Positions 48,993 to 60,963 of a stretch of 64,000 nt of DNA are shown here, piece by piece (the stretch's first letter is position 1; every line of letters begins with the position of its first letter). Made by a program: the position numbers and the translations under genes. The notes beneath the pieces were generated by a model that saw only the letters and a list, made by a program, of their open reading frames with translations, was not told the DNA's origin and made no database searches. The DNA comes from Cycas panzhihuaensis (taxonomy: Eukaryota > Plantae > Cycadophyta), in contig CM041465.1 of NCBI GenBank assembly GCA_023213395.1, forward strand, positions 202,065,741 through 202,129,740, in the 5' to 3' direction.

Positions 48993-51900
48993 GCACATGC
49001 CACAGAAAAGATGACTGGCTACTTCAAATTCTACAAAGACTGCAGTTGTCGTGGAACTATTTCATGGAAATACAGGTGAAGAATGTGATAGAGCCTTGAA
49101 CTTCTCAATACCGAAGATTTCCTGGAGCTGCGAGTCGAATCCAAGAAGAGAGGCCGAGGAACAAGGAAGAGAGGATTCAGCCGTTTCTGTTTCGTTAATC
49201 TTGTAGAAACACGGCTTCGATCATCTGCATAGGTACACCTTTTCTGGTTTAATTTGTAAAAAATAAGAAAGAGATTCCTTATCTGGTGTCTGGCAAATAG
49301 TTTTAGGGTTTTCTCGCAGCTGCACGGAATAACTTCTTGTTTTTTCTATTTTATTTTACCGTGGTAAGATTGGTAGCGCTACTCAGAACAGGGATAGTAA
49401 ACATTCTAAAATATGGGTGGATATGGAGGAATATTTCTGGAAAGTTACCGCAAAGGATGTGGTGCCATTAATTCCTAGGACACAGATAAATGTTTTTGAT
49501 GCCTCTGAAATTTGGGATCCTTGCTTATTGATTCCACCTTTTGGCATTTATTACAGGGAAGCTCAACATACTGGGGCAGATGTTAAACTAGGAGGGGTTG
49601 ATATTAAAATGCACAGGAAAGATTTAGAACCAGGCTAGATAGAAAAATAGGGCAGATGTTAAGGAAGATAGTCAAGATGCTGCACCAAAATGCACCATCG
49701 ATGGTCAAGACCAGGCCACTGGAGCGCAAGTCCGAGTCGATGGGTGATAGATATTCTGTAGAGATATGTTCAACGGCAGGCTGAATACGGGTGACTTTGG
49801 CAGATAAATGTCACAACTACGTCAAACAATATATACAGACTAATGAATATTATATAAATATGATTAATAAACATGCAACACAAATAGGGTATCACGTAGA
49901 GTATGATATCAAATGGACAGAGCAATATATTCAATCAAAACAATGATCATACCTTAAATATTGATTGTAATAATGATTTACGGGCTCTACAACTTTCTAG
50001 GAGGATGCGACATTGGCAGTTATCACTGCAACTACTTCTCCATGAAACCAAGGACTACAAAATATTCACTCCACGGGTGGCTATGCTCTTCTTTGCTCTC
50101 TCAACCTGGGCGCTCTGATACCATGTTGGAAAATAGAACCTGCAATAAGATAATCACAAACAGAAACAAACACCTCCACAGGATCGAACGGTACCCTTAA
50201 GGTACCTCCATTGTATTAAGAAAATATCATTACAACATTGTTACAATATGATACACAAAATTGTGTATTTATAATATAAGTCATTATGAAAGAGTATGAC
50301 CCACTTGCATGTGGGACAAATCAAATGTACATTAATATTCTAACAGTTACATCTCGACTAACATAGATTATGTTTGTCTTTGGATCTATGCATCTATATG
50401 TTTTAGATTTGTTGTTATAGCCAATCATAATGCATTCAATACTTTTATCATCTAGCTTAGTTCTTTTTTAATCAAGAATATGAACATAAGATTTACTGCC
50501 AAAGATTTTAAGGTGACTTGCATCTGGTTTTCTTTCAGTCCATGCTTCTTAGGAGTTATCTTGTCTAGAGCTTGAGTAGGACTTCTGTTGATAAGATATA
50601 CTATTGTGTTAGCTGCTTGAGCCTAGTATGCTTTTCTCATTGTTTTTTCATTTATCATACTTTCAGCCATTTCCATTATTGTTTTGTTCATTTGTTCAGC
50701 TACTTCATTTGAATGTGGCATGTATGGAGTAGTGACTTATTTTTATATCCCATATATTTTGCAGAAATGACGAAAGTCATTTGAAATATATTCTCCTCCC
50801 CTATCAAATCAAAGAATTTTGATTTTGCATTCACTTTCTAATTCTACTTGAGATTTAAACTCCTTGAAGTAATCCAAGACTTCCAACTTACTGAAAAGAA
50901 AATAAACCCAAGTTCTTCTAGAAAAATCATCAATGAAGTTAAGAAAATGCCTTATACCATTAATTGAATTTTGTGTTATTGGTCCACATAGATCTGTATG
51001 AACTGATTCTAACATTTTTTGTGCTCTCCAAGTGCTTTTCTAAAATAGAGCTTGGTGTTGTTTACCAATCATACAACTTTGTCATATAAAAGAATCAAAG
51101 GACATATCAAGAGGACCATTCACCATATTAGAATTTTTTAATAAATCTAATTGTTTGTTTCTAATGTGTCCATACTTTAAATGCCAGATTTCATTGATAG
51201 TGCTATTAACAAGAAGAGATTTTACAGATGGAACAAGTAAAACAAGAGTAGAGTCCAATTTGTAAAGATTGTTAATTTCAACTACTTTTGCTATTACAAT
51301 GCCATTATTTTTCATATCACAGATGAATCACCTTCCATCTTCATTAAAGATAACTCTAAGCATCTTTTTTCTTAATTGGGATATATACAAAGATTTTTTT
51401 TTAAGCCTGGGACATAGAGGACTTCTCCAATTTTTGAACCTTTATCATTGATTAAGATTGCAATTGTTCCTTTCCCTTTAATTTGTAAAGAAAAGTTATT
51501 ACAAAGCTCAATAGTTTTGTTGAAAAAGTATGGTCTCAACATCTTAGACCAATTTTTTCTTCTTGTCATGTGGTTGGACAAAATAGAGTCTATGGACCAA
51601 TCTTCATTGTTACAAGTGTGCATAGCCAAGGTTGTGATGAAGGCAGTCTCTTCATCTTCTTCTTCAACCTATTCGTTGTTGTAATTCCTCTCTATTCTCT
51701 TCCCTCTTTAAATTTCAATTTGTTTTTGTGGACAACGATTAGAAGAATATCCCGATCTCCCACAATAATAACAATTTGGCAAATTATACATTCTACAATC
51801 ACTAGCAAAATGTCCATACCTTCCACAACGAAAGTAGACTCTAGATTCTTGAGAGGAAGATCTACCTCTTCCTTTTGTCATCCATGTGGTTCTTCCTCAT

Positions 51901-53029
51901 CCTTCTAGAGGCCAGGTGGACCTATTTCAATTTTCAACTGCAGTTCTTGTCCATCCTTTGGTAGATTTGCTTCTCCCTCTTATTGTGCTTTTGGAACAAC
52001 CCTTGCTTTCCAGACTTACCCTTGAAAGAAAGGTTTTTTCGATATCAATTTCCTCCTTCTACCTTTTTTTTGTTTGCTCTTGATATAACATGTGTCCTGT
52101 CAATGTTTCAAAGGACATATTAGTTGTATGTCCTCCTATGGTAAGTGCGTTTAGCATAATATCAAATAATTTTAGCAACCTATTAATTGTTAGACGGATG
52201 AGTTCAGAATCAACTGTAGTCTCTCTTGCAAAGGCTAGACTATTTTTAGTTTCAACAGTTTTAGTGATGAAACTTGGGACACCTTCCCCTTCTTTTAGAT
52301 GAATTTTATACAATTGCTCTTGGAGAAATACTATTTAGGCTTCATTTTTTTGATTGTAGAGCGAGTTTGAAATTCTCCAAGCCTCTAGGAAAGAAGTAGC
52401 AGTGCCTATGCAACTCAATAAGGAATCTCTGACAGATAACATGATTGCAACAAGTACAAATCTATCCCTTTCTTACCAATTGATTACATTACTAAGTCAA
52501 TAGGTTTGGCTTCCTTTCCTATGACTATGTTCCATGCATTTTTGGCTATTAAAAGTCTTTGCATCTTCAACTTCTAGATGTTGTAATTCTATCTTGTAAG
52601 TTTATCTAAGTCTCCAAAGGAAAAGACTAAGTCCATTTCTGAGAAGATTTGATGTGTACTAAGAAAAAGTTGCCAAACAGAGGTAAAAGGCTGACAATAG
52701 ACCGTGTGACCGTATGACTATGGAGAATTGTGCAGTAAGTACAGTTGTACGGATTGGGGAAAAAATAGACTCAAATGAAAGCTAAGGTTATGCTGTTTCC
52801 AAATCTACAATTTTTTTTTGGATTTGTCTTCTAGTTTTCTTTGAAAATGGCCCAAAAACAGTACCGCCGAAGAGGGTTTTGGAGGAAAAAATACTTGAAT
52901 CTTCTCAAATCTTTGACAAAATTTATCAAACTAGCACGCAATCGAAATATATTATCCTGTGTGGGGGCAAAAATAACACACAATTTTGTAAAAAACTCTG
53001 AATTTTGGATATGATCATATCGTGATTAG

Positions 53030-53605
53030 TAGTCAGGACAGCAAGCAGATTGTAGCTCGAACCAAGATCGCGAGCAGACCGTGATTCAGATCGATTTTCC
53101 GAGTAGATTGTAGTTCAGGACGAATCGCAAGCAGATTGTGGTTGAGGTTGAGATCTTGAGCAGATTGTGATGTGGACCGAGATCACGAGCAAATCAGGGT
53201 TGGGACTGAGATTGCGAGCAAATTGTGGTTCGGGCTGAGATCGCGAGTAGATCATGATTCGGGCCGAGATCGTGAGTAGATCGAGGTCATGGATGAGATC
53301 ACGAGCATATCGTGGTTCGAGCTGAGATTGCGAGCAGATCGTGATTCGGGCTAAGATTGCAAATAGATTGGGGTTGGGGCTGAGATCGTGAGTAGATCGT
53401 GGTTCAAGCCGAGATCGCGAGCGGATCGTGGTTTGGGCCAAGATTGCGAGCAGATCGCAATTTGGGTTGACATCACGAGCATATCGTGGTTTGGGTTGAG
53501 ATCACGAGCAGATCATAATTTGGGTCGACATCTCTAGCAGATTGTGGTTTGGGACAGGATTGCGAGTAGATTGCAGTTTGGGCTAACAGTGCGAACCAAT
53601 TGCAA
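53030..53605. repeat. 29-bp CpG-rich tandem array in the G 5' LTR (~19-20 copies)
   Basis: Approximate unit GAGATCGCGAGCAGATCGTGGTTCGGGCC. Confidence 0.93.
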
Positions 53606-54432
53606 CTGCCACAAGTACGAGCTAGTCGAAAAATACAATTATGAACAAATTATGTTATGTAATTTAACCGTTGTTTCAGTTGTAACTTATCATGGTTGAG
53701 ACCATTGGAAATTACATATATAAAGGAAAAAAGGAAGGGATGAAAGTATGTATGTAATGGTAGTAAGTAAGTAGAAGAGATACTCATAGGGTTATGATTA
53801 TAATCCTTGGTGTAAGCCTGATCCAGCTGTCGACTTTTAGTATACTGTCGGGTTTGCATTTGGTTGTGAGAGGACCAGGCGCAATTCCCTATCTTAATGA
53901 TATTATGTTTTACATCATACTAGTTGTCCCTTGTGTTTGCATAATTCCAATGATGTAATTGAATAGGTGCACGACATACATTGGTTCTGTTGCCTAATGA
54001 AATCCGGATGACTCAGAGATACAAGAATGGATAGAGCTGGGTAAATAATGGGTCCTTTTCAATGCCACCCAGGGTAGAAAAGGAATCACAAAAAGAACGC
54101 GAAGAGCGTTGGGAGAATGATAGACTCCAGGTTGAAGTAAGGAAGTCAAGATTCATAATTATGCCAAGGAAGCCAAGATTCATAATTACGCCAAGGAAGC
54201 AAGTGAAGAGGCGACCACTTGCCAACTTAATCGCAGGAAGGAAATTGAGTAAGGAGGGGGAAAAGCAAATAGAGGTAGAAACATCGGAAGAGTCTATCAA
54301 AGAAAAGATAATTGAAGTAGAAAGTAGCCAAGGGTACACATTGGAAGAGGATCCTATTGAAAGAAAAGCTCAAAAGAGGGAGAGTGATAAAGAATTTGCA
54401 GAAGATTCATTGACACAAGAAGAAGAAATAGT

Positions 54433-56231
54433 TTGATCGAACTCAAATTGTATAGGACAACAGATAGAGAGTGGAACCATCATTTGGTGAAAGTCAGAAC
54501 TCCTCTAAGCCATATTTTGAATCCATTGTTCAAAACCACGATGTTAAGCTCGAGAGGAAGTGTAGGCGATGGAAGCACACCACCAGGAGGGAATTTAGGA
54601 GGGAGAGGCTCATTGTCAAATCAGTCGTTGTTTACTCATGCAGGAGGAAGTGGTAATCCACCACTACGGGGAATGGGCCAAGGAAATGGTGCAGGATCAA
54701 CGAGACCTTACATAATCATACAAAATGATTCTGCATTTTTGAGCATACAATTTGATGGATTGACAGAACCTAGAGACCATTTAGCATTATTCAAAAATGT
54801 GCTAAAGATAAAGAAAGTTACAGATCTAGAGGAGATAAAAGGCCGGTTCTTTTCCACCCTGCGGGGAGCAGTAGTTGCGTGGTTCCAGTACGTTGCAGTG
54901 CAGAATCTATCATGGGATAGATTACAAGACCAATTTTTGGATCGATTCCAAAAATTGAGGGACCCTATGGCCATTTTCCAGGCCTTATAAGAGATAAAGC
55001 AGTACCTGGAAGAATCTGTAAATGATTTGGATGGGCGGATGCGGATAATAATGAGTAAAATGTAGCCAATAGCAGCAATTAATCCGATGTTGGTGATGAA
55101 ATATTTTGTTCAAGGACTAATTCCACAATTGATAGATAAAATTCTTCTGCACCCGATCAACAATTACGCACATGTACACAAGTTAGCTCTGAATTTGAAA
55201 ACCAAATGAAGATTGCGTACTCCCAATGGGCCAATCAACAGATCGGGCAAATGGATCTAATTCTTTCTCATCCAGCATGGGGAACACATCATCAAATAGG
55301 AGCAAATTTAGAGATTGAGGCACTGAGAAAAGAAGTGGAGGCATTAAAACAACAACCACCAATGACAATACTGGCTAATATGTACCAAAACTAAGAGATG
55401 GAGAATTTACATTCAGAATTAGCCAAGTTGCATCTGAAAAAATCACGATAAAATATATGGTGTCCACCATGTAATCAACAAGGGCATCTGAGGAACGAGC
55501 ACAACAAAGCGCCAGCATGGTGTGAATGTTGTAGGAAAACAAACCACAATACATGGGAATGCTTTTCTCACCCTAAGAATGATGTCCACAATGTATTCCT
55601 GCAAAGGCCAGAGACAGGAAGGCAGTATAAAGGAAAGACAAAGCTAGGCCATTGTTTCCTATGCCAAAGATGGGGCCATTTTAGATCGGACTGCCTGTTA
55701 GAAAAAAGGGGTAGAGAATTTATCTGTGAAGAATGTGGACCGATGGATCATGAATGGATAAACTGTCCAAAGAATAATAAGCAAAATGCAAACTTGGCCA
55801 CGATCGTTCCAAACAAAAAAGTACCTCTCCAGTTGCAAACACAAAGTGGGAAGACAACTTCCACACCCATCCAAGATACTTTTCTAGATCCAACAACAGA
55901 AAAGCAGAGACTCCAAGAAGCCATCAAAATCCTACAAGATGCAATGGGCAAAGTGCAACAAGAAGAAGCTTATCAGGAAGGACGATTTAAAGGACAAACA
56001 TACAAGCGATGGACAACCCCTGTAAAAATTCAGCCAAAAGAAGGTATGAATCCATGGTCAAGACTTCAGATGGTTAAGGATTTATTGATTGAATTAGGAG
56101 TCTCAATTCCTATTGCAATGGTATTCAAATGGTGGGAAGCTGGCTATTTTCAGCAATTGATTTTAGATCAGATAGAAAAACCTATTCTAACATCTGTTAA
56201 AGAAAAGGGGTTGATCCAAGAGTGCCAATGA
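54433..56231 (+). pseudogene. G gag pseudogene
   Basis: FDGLTEPRDHL...FFSTLRGAVVAWF...SWDRLQDQFLDRF (retrotransposon gag), with zinc knuckles at 55460-55766. Confidence 0.9.
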
Positions 56232-59200
56232 CCACTTTTGGCACAATGCTATGTGAAACGATCGTGGATGGAGGATCAAGAGTCAATGTGCTCCCTGAGT
56301 CTTCTTGGATCGAATTAGGAAGACCAAAAATGGTAGCCCCCAATTATTCAATCAGATTGGCCAACCAGTTGCAGGTAAGACCGATGGGGACGTTAATGAA
56401 TGTTCTGACCACGGTTGCAGGAATCATTGTTCTATTAGATTTTGTGGTGGTGCAAATGCAGAATGAAAGAAAAATGTATCCAACATTACTGGGTAGACCA
56501 TGGTTGCTAGCTACAAAAGCTATCCAAGACTAGAGAGAATTCACATTCACATTGAAAGCAAGAAATAAAGTTGTGACTCTACCATTATGTTCGGATGGCA
56601 CTCAGATTGAGAAGATAGCTGATGAGGAACGAGCGTCATCTACAACTGTGGGATCAGAACCCACTATAAGCCCATGCTCGAAAGTGGTCTATCAACTTCA
56701 AACAAACATACCAAGTAATGCATCATCAACATACATGATGAATTGGCTACAGAATGCTTGGGGAGACACTGAATCTGCTCCTTGTTACAAGTTGGAAGCA
56801 TGTATGGATTCTTCGGAGCCAGATGACTTAACATAAAAGGAAGCGGCAAAGGGCACAAGAAGTCTAGAAGAGAATTTTAAAAAAGGGAATAAGTTCTGGG
56901 GCCAAGCAAATCAGGCAAATAACCACATAAAATATTGTAATCAATTGTTAGCAAATAATAATCATCATAAAGAATTTTGTTACTTGTTTTCACTGTCATT
57001 TAAAGGTCAATCTGCAACATGGTTTTCAATTTATAGTAGCAAATTTAAATCATGGAATGAACTATGTAAAAATTTTTCATTAAGATTTCAAGAACTTGAT
57101 AATGAGTTGCCCATATTTCGAGATAATAATGACCCTGTGATCCACATAAGACAGTGCAGACAAATTTGGGAAAAGAAGCAAATTTTGAGAAGTGAATGGG
57201 TACAAAGATGGGCCCAGACTCTTGAAAGAATTTTGGCTTCATGGTACAACCGATGCGAGAAAATGAAATTAACAGAATGGGATTCACTTAGTGAAAGATT
57301 TTGTAAGGAATTTTCTCAAGAGTCAGAGATCTCAAAAATACTGAGCACCCCTGAATTTGGAATTGAGTTAAGTTGCAACCGAATTGAATTAGCACAAAAG
57401 GATGGCGAGTTTCTTGATGAATATTCCAATATGGAATATGGAAACTGACTAATTGATAAAACATTAGCATATCAGTTGAATCAAGATGGCAGAGCAGTGT
57501 AGAGAGAACAATTGAGGATACAACAAATAGATGTGGGCATAAAAGAACATCCCCAGATGATCTCAATAGGAGACTATTGGGATAAAGATATTGTTCAACA
57601 AGCCAGAAGTTTGTTTTCAGAATACAAAGATGTTTTTGCCTGGTCTTACCAAGACCTGAAAGGGATACCACCAAAATTGGGAGAACATCGAATTGAATTA
57701 ATAGAAGGAACAAAACCAGTTCGGCAGTGTCCTTATCAGATGAATTTGAAATATAAGGAAAAAGTGAAGGCGGAATTGGACAAGTTATTGGAAGTCGGAT
57801 ATATTTTCGAAGTTGAGACCAGGGAATGGGTAAGCCCAGTAGTGGTGGTACCCAAAAAGAAGGAGAAGCTTTGTGTGTGCATGGATTATAGAGCTCTTAA
57901 TAAAGCAACAAAAAGAGATCCATTTGCAATACCATTTACAGAGGATATTCTGGAAAAGGTAGCATGCCATGGAATATATTTGTTCACGAACGGGTTCAGC
58001 AGATACAACTAGGTGAGAATTGTAGAACAAGATCAACTAAAGACAACTTTTGTCACCGAATGGGGGACATATGCAGACAAGGTTATGCTCTTCGGACTAA
58101 CAAATGCACCGACCACTTTTTAGAGAATAATTCTGAATATTTTTCGGTAGGCAATTGGTAAATCGATTGAAGTTTTTTTAGATGATTGGACGTTGTATTC
58201 ATTGCTAAAAAATCATTTGGTAAACCTGAAATCAATGTTGGAGATGTGCCGAAAGAGCAAACTTTGCTTAAACCCGACAAAATTTACATTTTTAGTCCCG
58301 TTTGGCTCTCTCTTAGGGCACATTGTAAGCAGGGATAGCTTGCAGACAGACCCAGGCAAAATGGCAATAATTTTGAATTTTCCAGTACCTAAAACAATGA
58401 AACATGTAAAAGCCTTTTTGGGCATGATAGGGTACTAAAGGAAATTTATCAAAGGATATGCACAGATTGTAAATCCCTTAGAAAAACTGCTCAAGAAAAA
58501 AATAGCCTGGGAATGGAATTTGCATTAGCAATTAGCATTTGAGTTACTAAAAAAAAATTTATAGAAGCCCCTATTTTGAGATTTTCGGATTGGGATCAAC
58601 CATTCCATATGCATGTTGATGCTTCCTTCATGGCAATAGGATGTGTTTTAACACAACCTGGCAACAACAATATAGGCTTGCCTCTTCATTTTGCCAGCGG
58701 GAAATTGACCCCTGTTGAATGGAACTACTCAGTTACATATCAGGAAGGCTTGGGCATGGTTTATGCCTTGCAGAAATTCAGGCATTATTTGCTAGCAAAC
58801 CCATTCATTTTCTATGTAGATCACTAAGCCTTTAAATATTTGATAAACAAACCTATTTTGTAGGGCAGAATCAGCAGGTGGTTGATGTTGTTCCAAAAGT
58901 TTAATTTGAAAATTATAGTTAAGAAAGGTGACAAACATACAATACCAGATGTGCTTTCAAGGGAAGTAGAAGGCGAACCAGCTATAGGAATACTAGACGA
59001 TTTTCCAGATACACAATTGTTCTCTATAGAGGCCATATCGAAATGGTATGAGGGGATTGTTGAATACCTGGCTACTGGGTAGACACTGAAAGGATTAGAG
59101 CAAGTTGAATGACAAAGTTTTATTCGTAAAACCTTTCCATTTCAACTGGTACATGGGATGTTATATAAGTTGGGAATGGACGGTGTGTTACAACGATGCA

Positions 59201-60317
59201 TAATGGAGCATCAGGTGCAGGGCATCTTGTGGGAAGCACATGAAGGGGTCGCAGCCAAGCACCAAGGAGTCGAACCCACAACCCACAGTTAGGAAGATCT
59301 TGCTATCAGGTTTTTGGTGGCCATCCATGTTTGAGGACACAACAAAATGGATAAAGGGTTGCAATGTGTGCCAACGAGTAGGTAAGCCGGGCAAGAATCA
59401 TTTTATGCCTCTACATCCAATCTTGGCACAAGCACCTTTGAGAAATGGGGGTTGGACTTTATTGCACTGATAAGTCCCCCAACAAAACGAACGAATGCCA
59501 GATATATATTGGTAGCCACAGACTTTTTTATGAAATGGACAGAAGCTCGACCTTTTAGACATTGTGATGCAAGAAGTACTGCAAATTTTTTGTATGAAGA
59601 CATTATTGTCCGTTTTGGTTGCCGATTAGAATTAGTATCAAATCATGGTAGTAGTTTTTTAAACAACACTATAAAATACTTAACAAATGAATTTATGATC
59701 CAACATTTTCAATCTTCTTCCTACTACCCTTGAGCCAATGGTCAGGTAGAAAGCACTAAGAAAATTTTGAAGATTGCCATATCGAAAATATGCAGTTAAG
59801 GAAGAACAGATTGGGCGGAACAGTTGCATTCTGTTCTCTGGGAGGATAGGACAACGATCGAGAGACCACATAAACAGACACCTTTTCAGTTGGTGTATGG
59901 ATTAGAAGCAATACTTGCATTAGAATTTTAGGTGGAAAGCTCTCGAGTGGCGGTACAATTGCGAATGAATGAACAGGACTCATGAAATGTATGGATCATG
60001 GAATTGTTGAAGTTGGATGAGAAAAGAGCACGAGCACTGTGGGAGTTATGAACTGAAAAACAACAACGAAAAGCCTGACACAATCGACATATAAGAACAC
60101 TGCAATTCCACGAGGGTGACCTAGTATTAATGTACGATAGCAAATTTTGTACAAAACCAAGGAAGATGAAGCTGCGTTGGTTGGGACCGTACAAGGTAAT
60201 ACACCTTGGGAGCAATGGAGCAGTCTAGCTCGGACAACTCGACGAGAGAATAATAACAAAAATGGTAAATGGTAGTAGGCTTAAGCCTTATACCATGAGA
60301 TTAAAAAAAAAAAATTG
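56222..60317 (+). pseudogene. G pol pseudogene (protease, extra gag-like domains, RT, RNase H, integrase)
   Basis: IVDGGSRVNVL and LLGRPWL (PR); YKDVFAW, WVSPVVVVPKK, CMDYRALNKAT and FLDDW (RT); HVDASFMAIG (RH); GFWWPSMF, CNVCQR, ATDFFMKWTEA, WLGPYKV and VNGSRLKPY (IN). Confidence 0.94.
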
Positions 60318-60345
60318 ATGCAAAACATGGGGTAGTAATTGTGCC

Positions 60346-60791
60346 ATCATGAGAAGGCGATCATGGGAGAGATGAATGAAAGCGACCTCATAAATGACAA
60401 TCGTGGGAAAATAACCCAAAGGTGACCTTAAAAAGGTAATCGTGGGAAATAATTAAAAGGCGATCGTAATTAAAAGCGGAGTTAAGGTCATTATTAAAAG
60501 GCGGCGTCATGGCGGGGTAATTAAGGTCACACGAAATTAGAAGGCGACCATTATTAAGATAGACGTGATCATGAGAAGGCGATCATGAGAGAGATGAATG
60601 AAGGCGACCTCATAAATGACAATCGTGGGAAAATAACCCAAAGGTGACCTTAAAAAGGTAATCGTGGGAAATAATTAAAAGGCGATCGTAATTAAAAGTG
60701 AAGTTAAGGTCATTATTAAAAGATGGCGTCATGGCGGGGTAATTAAGGTCACACGAAATTAGAAGGCGACCATTATTAAGATAGATGTGAT
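60346..60791. repeat. 222-bp near-perfect tandem duplication in the G pol-to-extra-ORF spacer
   Basis: ATCATGAGAAGGCGATCATG begins at 60346 and again at 60568; the units are almost identical. Confidence 0.95.
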
Positions 60792-60963
60792 CGCAATATC
60801 AGACGATTGCCTTTCCATGATTGCGACAAGATGGAAAGGCAATAGATGCAATTAATGCATGAGTTGTGAGTAGTTATACCAAGGCCAAGAACAAGAGAAC
60901 AGGAAAATTGTGCAACGAAGGAAGAGCAGGAGGAAGCAAGCAATGACAACGTAATGGCAACGG

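Larger units (their letters stand above)
45519..50345 (-). mobile_element. W: young non-autonomous gag-only (TR-GAG-like) LTR element
   Basis: 222-bp LTRs 45519-45740 and 50124-50345 with only 3 mismatches. Perfect PBS on minus strand 50112-50123. PPT AAGGGGGGG. Perfect TSD GTTAC. No protease, integrase or RT motifs seen. Confidence 0.95.
43640..52636 (-). pseudogene. V gag-pol pseudogene interrupted by W
   Basis: gag FETLTGHML, PR WSIDSILSNHMT, IN VHTDLCGP, integrase tail VSRDV/TFDE split by W, RT/RH remnants 43640-45170. Confidence 0.9.

Noticed and set aside
53115-53441. Repetitive ORFs in the G LTRs (also 62993-63270)
   Set aside because: Translation of the 29-bp array, whose unit length is not a multiple of three.
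53030-53605. Regular 29-bp repeats as a CRISPR array
   Set aside because: Units are contiguous with no unique spacers, occur in both LTRs of a plant retrotransposon, and no cas genes are present.
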